Assembly (NCBI GenBank): GCA_965216875.1 | Contig: OZ244207.1 | Location: 2,656,001 to 2,720,000, forward strand | Length of the DNA stretch: 64,000 nucleotides | Reading direction: 5' to 3' | Source: Rubripirellula sp. | GTDB taxonomy: Bacteria; Planctomycetota; Planctomycetia; Pirellulales; Pirellulaceae | In this document: positions 48,686-56,839 of the stretch, in pieces | How positions within the stretch are numbered: the stretch's first letter is position 1 | Layout of the letters: each line of letters starts with the position of its first letter | The notes under the pieces: generated by a model | What the model saw: only the letters and a program-made list of their open reading frames with translations | What the model was told of the DNA's origin: nothing | The model's database searches: none | Translations under genes and position numbers: made by a program

Positions 48686-50238
48686 GCGAAGTAGTTCAAA
48701 ACAGCACGCGAAAGTTCAAAGTGTTCATGGTCGACGCTACGACCAAAGAACCAATAGACGATCTCCTGCCAAGCGACTTTACGGTCTATCTCAACAAACC
48801 AGGCCTCTCCGATGCAACGACCATTCCGTCGATCGCAAATCGCGGACATGGTTGGTATGAGATCACCCCGATTGCGGCCGATCGCGATACGATCGGCGAG
48901 TCAGGTTGGACGTTCACTGCAACCGGTGCCGATCCCTACCCGCGGCTCGAGAACGTGATCGCGATCGATAAAGATGATCCTCAGCGCGCTGGATTGGGCG
49001 CACTGCCGGAAACTGACGTCGCCTCGACCGTTCCTGCGATGCAGGCCGTCGCTGACGACTTCAAAGCGACGGGGTTTGCGGAACCAGGCGACGCGATGAG
49101 TTTGATCGACGATGCAGTCGGCCGCGACCAAATCGAAGATGGCGCGATCAATGAAGACAAGATCGCTCCAAATGCGATCGGAGCTTCGCAGGTCTCAAAC
49201 GGGGCGGTCGCGAAATTCGAAGGTGCGCTGCTTAACGATGGCGACGGCTCTGCGCTATTGGCCGCGATTGTTGCGGCGATCGATGCGGCCGACATTGATG
49301 CAGATTTGCTTCCCGGCTTGATCGTCAATGCGTTGTTTGATCGCGTGCTCGCAGGCAACCACGAAACGGCCGGCACGTTTGGGCGAATCGTCCAAGACGT
49401 GCTGCAGCATACCGGCACCGCGATCCCCACGTCGATCAATGATGTTCCGAGTTTGGTCGTCGCTGCAATGCAGGCTGTTGCGGACAGCTTCAAGGCGGAC
49501 ACTGCAGGCCTCTCGACGCACTCAGCTGCCGATGTGTGGGCTGTTGTCGAAAGGACGCTCACCGAGGGCACACGGGACGCTCAGATCGACGCTGTGAAGC
49601 TAAAGTCAGATCAGATGCAGTTCTCCGGTGGATTGCTCGAGGTGATCGTTCACGACTTCCTGACGGCTGCTCTGCAGCAATTCATCACCGTTGACACCGG
49701 TTTCAGCTCGGCCGGCACGCGAAGCGTCGCAGCAATCAGCCAAGGATCCGGAGGCGGTGGAGGTGGCGGCGGACCGGTCACGATCGACTATGGGGAGATT
49801 TCCGCATCGCTCGCACTCACCCTCTCACGCCTGGTTGTGAAAGCGTCAACGCTGTCGAGCGTCGATCATGTCGTCGCGCGTGGCACAACTTGGCGGATCC
49901 CGATAGAAGAGTTGCCCGCCGCTTGGACAAAGGTCGAGATCACAGCGCGATCCAATCCCGACGCGTCGCAATCGTCGAGCCTCTTTCACGTGCGACTCAG
50001 CAATCCGACGGACGCCGAAGATGGTCTGCAAGTTTTCGCAGGATCCGGCGACGTCAACGCGTCCGATGGCGAGATCGACACGCTTGTCGATCCGCCGGTC
50101 TGTAACATCGCCGCGGCACTCACAGCAGACGCCGAGTCGTGCGAGTACTGCTACGACGTGAAAGTCTGGGAGGGTGAAGCGATCACTCGAACTTCCTACG
50201 GATTGATCACGGTTGAGAAGGACGTTACCCGGACATAA
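48682..50238 (+). CDS. Putative tail fibre protein
   Basis: Ala/Asp-rich fibre-like repeats (AMQAVAD.FKA x2, SAADVW), Gly linker, C-terminal Y.YDV...G.I.V..DVT beta domain. Confidence 0.6.
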   Translation: MSEVVQNSTRKFKVFMVDATTKEPIDDLLPSDFTVYLNKPGLSDATTIPSIANRGHGWYEITPIAADRDTIGESGWTFTATGADPYPRLENVIAIDKDDPQRAGLGALPETDVASTVPAMQAVADDFKATGFAEPGDAMSLIDDAVGRDQIEDGAINEDKIAPNAIGASQVSNGAVAKFEGALLNDGDGSALLAAIVAAIDAADIDADLLPGLIVNALFDRVLAGNHETAGTFGRIVQDVLQHTGTAIPTSINDVPSLVVAAMQAVADSFKADTAGLSTHSAADVWAVVERTLTEGTRDAQIDAVKLKSDQMQFSGGLLEVIVHDFLTAALQQFITVDTGFSSAGTRSVAAISQGSGGGGGGGGPVTIDYGEISASLALTLSRLVVKASTLSSVDHVVARGTTWRIPIEELPAAWTKVEITARSNPDASQSSSLFHVRLSNPTDAEDGLQVFAGSGDVNASDGEIDTLVDPPVCNIAAALTADAESCEYCYDVKVWEGEAITRTSYGLITVEKDVTRT

Positions 50239-50457
50239 ATCTCAGGACCGTGACTATACTCTTGGCGTCAAATGAGGTACCTGCGGACAAAGATTCAAAG
50301 CTGCTGTCTGAAGCCGATGAGGCAACACCTGCGAGCCCCAACGACTCTTCCTCTACACGTGGACGATCTTCCACTGTTTCGCGCCGCGAATCCAAACTAA
50401 ATTTACCACTACCGCGTGTTCTCGGCCGTCGGTTTCTTCGTCGCTTCCCACGCTTAT

Positions 50458-50688
50458 TCATGGCACCAACAATACTTCCCTTTCCACGCCACGGTGGCGT
50501 ATGAATACTTCACCACCCTGTTGGCTCTTTGAAATAAGTTTGTCGTAAACCGCAAGAGCACGCCGAATCACTTCGGTAACTGATTCGGCATCCGTTTCGT
50601 CCCGCAAAGTCTCAATGCGATCTCGCACGTCTTCCGACACCGCAAGATTAAGGCGGGTCATCTTCCGATTTGTTGATCGTCTTGGCAT
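50458..50688 (-). CDS. Ribbon-helix-helix (CopG-like) regulator
   Basis: RLNLAVSE...RIE.L......SVTEVIRRAL. Confidence 0.8.
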   Translation of the reverse strand: MPRRSTNRKMTRLNLAVSEDVRDRIETLRDETDAESVTEVIRRALAVYDKLISKSQQGGEVFIRHRGVEREVLLVP

Positions 50689-50944
50689 GGCCTCTGTGGA
50701 CCATGATTGAATGGACAAATGATACGCAGACTAGGCCAACCACTATTCCTATTCGCTCCAATCCCGCCAGCTCACACCAAGGTGAAATAGCAAAGATTGA
50801 AATCGCAGAGCAGGAAAGATTGAGCGACAAGGTTGCAAACTGAGGGGGGGCAATTCGGCTCAACCCTCGACCAACACGATCAGCATCAATCAGATCACGG
50901 TAGCTTTCAAAATCTGGACGTTCAGGTTCGTTTGGCTGCGTCAT
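50648..50944 (-). CDS. Hypothetical membrane protein
   Basis: Two hydrophobic segments; uncertain. Confidence 0.35.
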   Translation of the reverse strand: MTQPNEPERPDFESYRDLIDADRVGRGLSRIAPPQFATLSLNLSCSAISIFAISPWCELAGLERIGIVVGLVCVSFVHSIMVHRGHAKTINKSEDDPP

Positions 50945-51187
50945 AGCCCACTGTCACCTTTCCAGGGTGCCAGCGGACAAAACGCAAAGCTGGCGAAAGT
51001 CCAATCATCATGGACACTTCTCCCTGCTGCGTTCAGTCCCATGATTCGCCGCATCCCTCTACGCCGTGCGACTATGGAAACAGAACAGGTTAGTCTTGTG
51101 TAACACAGTCCGACTGGACACGAGAGACGCAAATAGCAGTGCGATCAGTCGGGAGTCGCCAGCTCCTCTGGCTAAACCCATGTGTGT

Positions 51188-51215
51188 ATTATAGGTGTAT
51201 CGCATCGGCTGTCAA
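51188..51215 (-). promoter_or_regulatory. Consensus sigma-70 promoter
   Basis: TTGACA-16-TATAAT on minus strand. Confidence 0.75.
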
Positions 51216-51227
51216 GCAGTTGGCCAG

Positions 51228-51434
51228 TCACCTACTCAGAAACGCTAAGGCCGCGATCGTGGTGATTGCCCCGGCGAAAACTGGCACGCCGATCACCACG
51301 GGAACAAACAGAATCAGCCCGGCGACGTTCGGTCCGCCGGCCGGGCTCCCTCCCCAACTCACGTTGATCAGCAACGCGAAAATCATCAGAGCGACGATCA
51401 TCCCGATGATCATCGACATTAGAACTCTGAACAC
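51228..51434 (-). CDS. Small two-TM membrane protein
   Basis: AGGAGG SD, highly hydrophobic 68 aa. Confidence 0.55.
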   Translation of the reverse strand: MFRVLMSMIIGMIVALMIFALLINVSWGGSPAGGPNVAGLILFVPVVIGVPVFAGAITTIAALAFLSR

Positions 51435-51560
51435 AATTCAATTCCTCCTGATCGAACTCTTCGATAAGTGGTGCGACTTTGAACAAGTGGATCAATACCA
51501 CCGCGCACACCACGTGACACCAAATGATCCCGACGCAAGTCAAAAACCCAGTCAACACGA

Positions 51561-51863
51561 TCAAACCTCGTGACTAAATGGATTGTGCGCGTAGCGAAAG
51601 AACGCCGACTTATGTGCGGAGTCCCAGTGATTCAGCGCTGCAACGACGTTGAACGTGTTGCCGTCTTCAACGAGATCGCAAACGAAACAGCGCGCGTAGA
51701 TCGCGGCCGGCTCCGTCGTTTCGAACGCCTTCAGCTCTTCAATGCTGAACGGCCGTTGCACGCGATCCTTATCGCAGAACGCTGCAAGCGTTGGAAACCG
51801 GCTGATCAGGTCGAACACTCTCGAATCGAACAGACTGATCGGCTCGCGTTTTTCTTCTTTCAT
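51561..51863 (-). CDS. Hypothetical protein
   Basis: GAGG SD, coupled in early operon. Confidence 0.6.
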   Translation of the reverse strand: MKEEKREPISLFDSRVFDLISRFPTLAAFCDKDRVQRPFSIEELKAFETTEPAAIYARCFVCDLVEDGNTFNVVAALNHWDSAHKSAFFRYAHNPFSHEV

Positions 51864-51865
51864 GG

Positions 51866-52078
51866 CTACCTCGCTCCCATTTCGTCTGCGATGCGAATCG
51901 AATCACTCAGCAGCCGCTCGAGAGCAGCTGCGTCGTCGGTTGTGAGCGTGACCGCTCCTGTGATCGCACTAAGCGCGATCGCACGGGCCAAGTGATCGCG
52001 AAGCTGGCGAGCTTCCTCGAGCTGGCTGGTATGTCCGCGACTGACTCGCGAATAGGTTTGTTCAACAACTGCGTTCAT
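51866..52078 (-). CDS. Hypothetical protein
   Basis: ATGA overlap with parB. Confidence 0.55.
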   Translation of the reverse strand: MNAVVEQTYSRVSRGHTSQLEEARQLRDHLARAIALSAITGAVTLTTDDAAALERLLSDSIRIADEMGAR

Positions 52079-53841
52079 CTTGCCCTACGCTTTTTGGTGG
52101 TTCGCTTTTTCTTTGGCTTCAACACGTCGGGAACGGGAAGCGGTTTCTTTTCGGTGTGAGCTGCGACGATCGATTCGACCTTCGCACGCTTCGTTTTGGC
52201 GTGCGAAACGTCGACGCTCCATTGTTTTGCCAGGTCGTCGAGCTGATCGTTTGTGTGAAAACGAACGTATTCGGCGACGAGCGAAGATTCGCCTTCATTG
52301 GCGATCTCTGCCCAATGGCCGCTCAGTGAGCAATCGGCAAACTTGAGCATCGTGTCGATATCGCTATCGTTGCCGCTCCATTGAACGCTCGACGCAAGAT
52401 CAGAGGGCGGTATTGGCGTGACGCGTTCCGGCATTTCGCGAGCGATCGAGCCGCATGGCCAGCAGGTTGCCTGGTTCCAAACGAGAACACGCCAAAGCCG
52501 GTCGACCACGGTGTACCCGTGCGGGACGCTGGCCGTGTTGGAAAGTGCGCCGAGGTGATCGGATCCATTCACGAAGGTGTCGTCGCTTGCCGCGATCATT
52601 CCGCCGAGTAGATCGAATGACCGCGGGTTGCCCGTAATGCCGAGCGTTTCAAGTGCCGCCTCGATCCACACCTCGCGATCGCGAGTCTGGCAGAGCCACC
52701 AAGCAAGGCTCGTCAAAATGACGGGGTGCATTGCTGGAGTCTGGCGTGCCAGGCATGAGCGCCGAAAACGCCGCGCCCAGATCTCGCTTCGTTTTGCGAG
52801 TTGCTTTTTGGCCTCTGCCTTTTTGCGTCGCTCCTCGGCTGCGGCCTCTTTGCCGGTAAGAGGCTTGCCGGATTTCGATTGCGATGTGCTCGACGCGTAG
52901 GCACTCTTTTTGACCAAGTGCGTCTCGTTCAATGAGTCGAAGAGCTCAGTGTTTTGAGCGACTTCGATCATGGCTCCGTCTTTTCCAAGTGGTAGCTCGA
53001 CGATCTGCAGACTTGCTCGAGTCTTGTCGTCTAGCTCGAATTTCCTCTTGGCCGGTTTGAACGAGTAGCCGGGTCTATAGGTTGTCTTGCCGTCAACCGG
53101 ACGCACGTCATTGTCGAGGTCCAGACTAAAGAATCCGCTGGGATTGTCGATCATGTCCCGCAGTGCCCAGCTGTCCTCGGCGAGCGCCTCGGCCCACTCG
53201 TCGACGATCACGGTCGCCTCAGCAAACGGCACGACGTAGCGAGCTGCTCGAGCCGGCACGGTCCCATCGGCGACGAGCTTTCGCATCGACTCGGGAAGCT
53301 TCAAGAGTCGCAGCGTGTTTTTCACCCCGCTTTCGCTTTCGAGTCCAAGCATGCGACCGGCCTCTGCGCGATCGATTCCCTCATCGATCATTCGCTCGAG
53401 CAGCTCGGCCCGCTCGATTGGGTTAAGGCCCTTACGCTCTGCGTTGCCGAGAAGTACATCACGCAAGGCCTCAGCGTCGCTGCACTCAACCACCTCGCAG
53501 CGGGCCGGCCGTTTCAGTTGACGCAGTGCTGCAGAGCGACGGTGGCCGCTTAGCACCTGGTACTTTCGCTCGGCAAGTTTGCGAACGCGAATCACTTCGC
53601 GTTGACCAAACTCTTTGATCAATGCGACCAGATCACGAATCGCTTCACGCTTGACGCGTTCCTTTGGGTTGGCCGGATGATCGCTCAACTGTGCGATCGG
53701 GATCTCGATAACCGTGTCGCTTCGATCGATCGTTTCCGCGGAAACCTTTTGCCGCGGTGTCTTACTCGCAGCGGCCGACGCACGCTGCAGGGCAGATCGC
53801 TTTTTGCGTGCCCTTCGGTCTGCTGTCGCTGTTGCAGTCAC
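52075..53841 (-). CDS. parB: ParB/RepB/Spo0J-family protein with long C-terminal extension
   Basis: P.NP, YQVLSGHRR (GxRR), N..R..LNPIE.A, HTH, LRLLKLP. Confidence 0.88.
   Translation of the reverse strand: MTATATADRRARKKRSALQRASAAASKTPRQKVSAETIDRSDTVIEIPIAQLSDHPANPKERVKREAIRDLVALIKEFGQREVIRVRKLAERKYQVLSGHRRSAALRQLKRPARCEVVECSDAEALRDVLLGNAERKGLNPIERAELLERMIDEGIDRAEAGRMLGLESESGVKNTLRLLKLPESMRKLVADGTVPARAARYVVPFAEATVIVDEWAEALAEDSWALRDMIDNPSGFFSLDLDNDVRPVDGKTTYRPGYSFKPAKRKFELDDKTRASLQIVELPLGKDGAMIEVAQNTELFDSLNETHLVKKSAYASSTSQSKSGKPLTGKEAAAEERRKKAEAKKQLAKRSEIWARRFRRSCLARQTPAMHPVILTSLAWWLCQTRDREVWIEAALETLGITGNPRSFDLLGGMIAASDDTFVNGSDHLGALSNTASVPHGYTVVDRLWRVLVWNQATCWPCGSIAREMPERVTPIPPSDLASSVQWSGNDSDIDTMLKFADCSLSGHWAEIANEGESSLVAEYVRFHTNDQLDDLAKQWSVDVSHAKTKRAKVESIVAAHTEKKPLPVPDVLKPKKKRTTKKRRAR
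53732..53745. promoter_or_regulatory. parS-like palindrome inside 5' end of parB
   Basis: GTTTCCGCGGAAAC. Confidence 0.7.
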
Positions 53842-54056
53842 GGGAGTAGAAACCTCAGATCAACGGGTGTATTTGGCGGTGGCAATTGCTCGAACAGTTC
53901 ACGTTGGAACTGAGAGCTGTCGTTGTCTTTGTGCACTGCGATGCGGTGCACGAACACCTCGCATTCTGTGCCTTCAGCCGTGACGCCTTTCCATCGCCGG
54001 CAGTGCACGCCGTCGATGATTGCGATGTCGGCCGTCGATTCAATCTGAACCTGCAT
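53838..54056 (-). CDS. Hypothetical phage protein
   Basis: 72 aa, GAGGTG SD, coupled to parB. Confidence 0.65.
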   Translation of the reverse strand: MQVQIESTADIAIIDGVHCRRWKGVTAEGTECEVFVHRIAVHKDNDSSQFQRELFEQLPPPNTPVDLRFLLP

Positions 54057-55155
54057 GAATCACCTCTTGGTTGGCAGAAAGCAGGCGATCGCCAGCCTCA
54101 CTGATCATTCGATCGAGCTCGGTGCGTGCCTGCGGTAGATACTTCAAGACACGACGCAATTCGCGCCGGCGCAACGTGTGAACGAAGACACCGACGCGGC
54201 TGCGTCTGACTTCACGATCGGGCATCTTTGCCGCGTAAGTCGCCACGGCCATCACCGTGATCAAGTGCGCCTCCGTGGAACCAGTCACGACCGGTTCAGG
54301 TGCACTCAACTGACGACGAAACCAAAGCACCATGGCCTTTGAGGAGCCGAGGTGTTCGTTCGTCAGCGCGGCAAACGCCCCCCTTATCAGCTCGCCTGCC
54401 GGCAGTGGATCGACCGAGCGAGTCAGCGACTCGGGGATCTCCGGCTGTGCGAGCAAGTAGTCGGGCAGTCCATCTCCCAAGAAAACCGGACCCTTCCCGG
54501 CTCCGGATACGGTGTCGGCCTCGGCTCCGGAGCTGCCGTGCGAACGTTCGTCCGCGGGGCGGACGCGCTCCGGTACCGGTACCGAGTCAGTTGTTAGAGA
54601 GTTAGATATATAAGAGGGAATCCGCGGGGCATACGAATCCGTCCGCCCCGCGGACGGTTCTGTGTGCGGGGCATACAGTGAGCTGTCTTCCCCGCGGACA
54701 GACTCGTCCGTGCGGCGGACGGTTCGCCTCCTTTTTCCCTTCGATCGATTGCCCAAGTAGGCCTGCTCGATCATCTGCTTTGTGAGTGCCGTCGGCTCTT
54801 CGCCAGCAACCCACCTAACGAGGCCTTCAACATCGATCACCAGCTGACCGAACTGGCCACGAATCGCACCGGCTTCGTGAGCCATTTTGAGGACCTTGTA
54901 ACAGCTCGATCGACCACACCAAAGTTGCTTGGCCCATTCGTCGACAGACCACTCAACAGGATCCAGGCCGTCTGGATAGGAGCGGGACGTTGAAAGCCTT
55001 GCAACGGCTCGGATCATCTCCTGCAGCTGCAGAGAGAGCTTGTTGTTTGCCACCGCGGCAATTTCATGGCTCACCTGCATCACATAAGTGATCAGCTTGT
55101 CGCGGTTCTGTTCAATCGCCGCGACTTGGTTGATTAGATCGAGCTGCCTTGTCAT
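54040..55155 (-). CDS. Putative replication initiator (wHTH, iteron-containing)
   Basis: WS..EWA..L..GRSS....L wHTH; internal iterons plus AT-rich tract. Confidence 0.6.
   Translation of the reverse strand: MTRQLDLINQVAAIEQNRDKLITYVMQVSHEIAAVANNKLSLQLQEMIRAVARLSTSRSYPDGLDPVEWSVDEWAKQLWCGRSSCYKVLKMAHEAGAIRGQFGQLVIDVEGLVRWVAGEEPTALTKQMIEQAYLGNRSKGKRRRTVRRTDESVRGEDSSLYAPHTEPSAGRTDSYAPRIPSYISNSLTTDSVPVPERVRPADERSHGSSGAEADTVSGAGKGPVFLGDGLPDYLLAQPEIPESLTRSVDPLPAGELIRGAFAALTNEHLGSSKAMVLWFRRQLSAPEPVVTGSTEAHLITVMAVATYAAKMPDREVRRSRVGVFVHTLRRRELRRVLKYLPQARTELDRMISEAGDRLLSANQEVIHAGSD
54550..54720. repeat. Iteron array / putative phage origin
   Basis: About 6 copies of a GTCCGCGGGGC(GG/AT)AC-like motif in both orientations around AT-rich GTTAGATATATAAG. 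Confidence 0.6.
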
Positions 55156-55194
55156 CGTTGCCTCCTTGCGCTACCCATCGCGAATGCCAGCTGT

Positions 55195-55473
55195 TCATTC
55201 ATCGCAGCTGATCTCCTCTTCGATTTCGTTGGCAAATCGAACGAGCTCGCAGTAGGTCTCGATCCTTATGTATTTGCCCTCCTTCATCGGCCAGCGCACT
55301 TCGAGCCGTTGGCGCATGAAGCCGCAAATCGCCTTCACCAGACGGCGTTTGTACTCTTCATGCTCACGACGATAGCGACGTCGCTGCCCGAACCACTCAA
55401 CGAAAGCAGCAACGATCGTGAACAACAATGCTGCGATCCAGATTGACCGCTCGATCCATTCGAGGTCGTGCAT
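55195..55473 (-). CDS. Hypothetical membrane protein
   Basis: GGAGG SD, one TM. Confidence 0.6.
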   Translation of the reverse strand: MHDLEWIERSIWIAALLFTIVAAFVEWFGQRRRYRREHEEYKRRLVKAICGFMRQRLEVRWPMKEGKYIRIETYCELVRFANEIEEEISCDE

Positions 55474-55475
55474 CG

Positions 55476-56060
55476 TTACACCTCCACCAACGGGACGCGA
55501 ACCTTCTTTGAGTAGTCAGGGGTGAAGTAGTGGACCGCGCACTTCTCATTGAAGGCGTCGACGTGCTTCATCAGCTTGTCGACTTCGGTCTTTGATGGCC
55601 AATCGACGTCCTCGTAGGTGTCGTCGAGCATGCACTCAATCGCTTGATCGAGGTCGAGTCCCTTCACGTGGTGTTCGCAGGTGTGGACGAACACAGGCTG
55701 CTCGATCGTTTCACCATCCTTGATGGCCCAGTAGATCGCATCGGCCACGTCATCAAGATCGTCGTAGTACCCATCACGACCGCCCGGTGCCAATTCGCTG
55801 TAGAGCATGCCGGTTGGTTCTTCGACCTCTTCGGCTTCCTCAAGCCACTGCTCGGATTGAGCTCGTCTCTGCTCGCTCCACTGTCGCTGCAGGCATTCTT
55901 GGCAGAGGGTGTGACCGGGCTTCTTTTCCTTTCCGCACTCAACACAACTAAGGCAGCATCGCCCAGCGACGTCTTTATCTCTGTGGACGCGCAAGCAACT
56001 GGAACATGCCCAGCCGTGCACGGGCGAGCCGCATGGGAGTCGTAACTGCATTGGCGTCAT
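55476..56060 (-). CDS. Hypothetical Zn-finger protein
   Basis: Several CxxC pairs. Confidence 0.65.
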   Translation of the reverse strand: MTPMQLRLPCGSPVHGWACSSCLRVHRDKDVAGRCCLSCVECGKEKKPGHTLCQECLQRQWSEQRRAQSEQWLEEAEEVEEPTGMLYSELAPGGRDGYYDDLDDVADAIYWAIKDGETIEQPVFVHTCEHHVKGLDLDQAIECMLDDTYEDVDWPSKTEVDKLMKHVDAFNEKCAVHYFTPDYSKKVRVPLVEV

Positions 56061-56063
56061 TGG

Positions 56064-56498
56064 TTAGACCTCATCTTCGAGGGTGATATCGCTCGGGTGG
56101 ACATTCAATTTCTGACCAGCAAAACGCGGAGCGTCGTCGTCAAAGAGGACGTCGAAATTTGCACTCGCGTTGTGGCCGACAATGATGCCGTGACTTCGAC
56201 CAACGATGACGCGTTGGCCACACTTGAGCGTTGGCATTCCGCGGTAGGCTGCGGTTCGCTGAAAGCCCTCGGGCGTGTGACAGCGTCCGACGCATCGAAC
56301 GCGTAGGTCTGTGAAGCGATAATCCCAACCAGCGTCGAGCAGATCGTTCAAGAACTCAGCTTTGGCTTTGCCCGCGGTTCGCGCGTTGATCGTCTTTCGA
56401 AACTCGGGTCGATCAGCGACCCAAACGTGATAGGCAAAACACTGGTTGAACGGTGTCGTTTTGCACGCTTCGACGATTCTCGACATTGCATCAGCCAT
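56064..56498 (-). CDS. Hypothetical phage protein
   Basis: Coupled ORF in early operon. Confidence 0.65.
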   Translation of the reverse strand: MADAMSRIVEACKTTPFNQCFAYHVWVADRPEFRKTINARTAGKAKAEFLNDLLDAGWDYRFTDLRVRCVGRCHTPEGFQRTAAYRGMPTLKCGQRVIVGRSHGIIVGHNASANFDVLFDDDAPRFAGQKLNVHPSDITLEDEV

Positions 56499-56835
56499 TC
56501 CAACACCCCGATCTCGCGTCGAACGATCTAAGCTGCGACTTCAACTTCTTGAGACGCTGACGATTTGCCCACGTGTTACCAAGCGTCTTGACGCATGCTG
56601 TCACCAGCTCAAGTGACTGCTCGAGCGATCGCTGCTTTGCGTCCGCAGCCTGTTGAACAACTGAGGGACGATGAAAGGAAACGATGCAGCCTCGGGGCAC
56701 CTTCGCGACGAAAGTGTTTTTGTTTTCGTCCGCGTAGATCGTCGCGATGTAGTCTCGCGAGCTGTCCCACACGATGTATGCACCGCGCGGGTACTCGGCG
56801 ACGACTCCGGTTTCGGTCACGATGTAAGCGGCCAT
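56491..56835 (-). CDS. Hypothetical phage protein
   Basis: Coupled ORF in early operon. Confidence 0.6.
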   Translation of the reverse strand: MAAYIVTETGVVAEYPRGAYIVWDSSRDYIATIYADENKNTFVAKVPRGCIVSFHRPSVVQQAADAKQRSLEQSLELVTACVKTLGNTWANRQRLKKLKSQLRSFDARSGCWNG

Positions 56836-56839
56836 TCAC

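Noticed and set aside
26025..50238. Diversity-generating retroelement or shufflon for tail fibres
   Set aside because: No reverse transcriptase and no TR/VR-like or repeated crossover sites seen by eye
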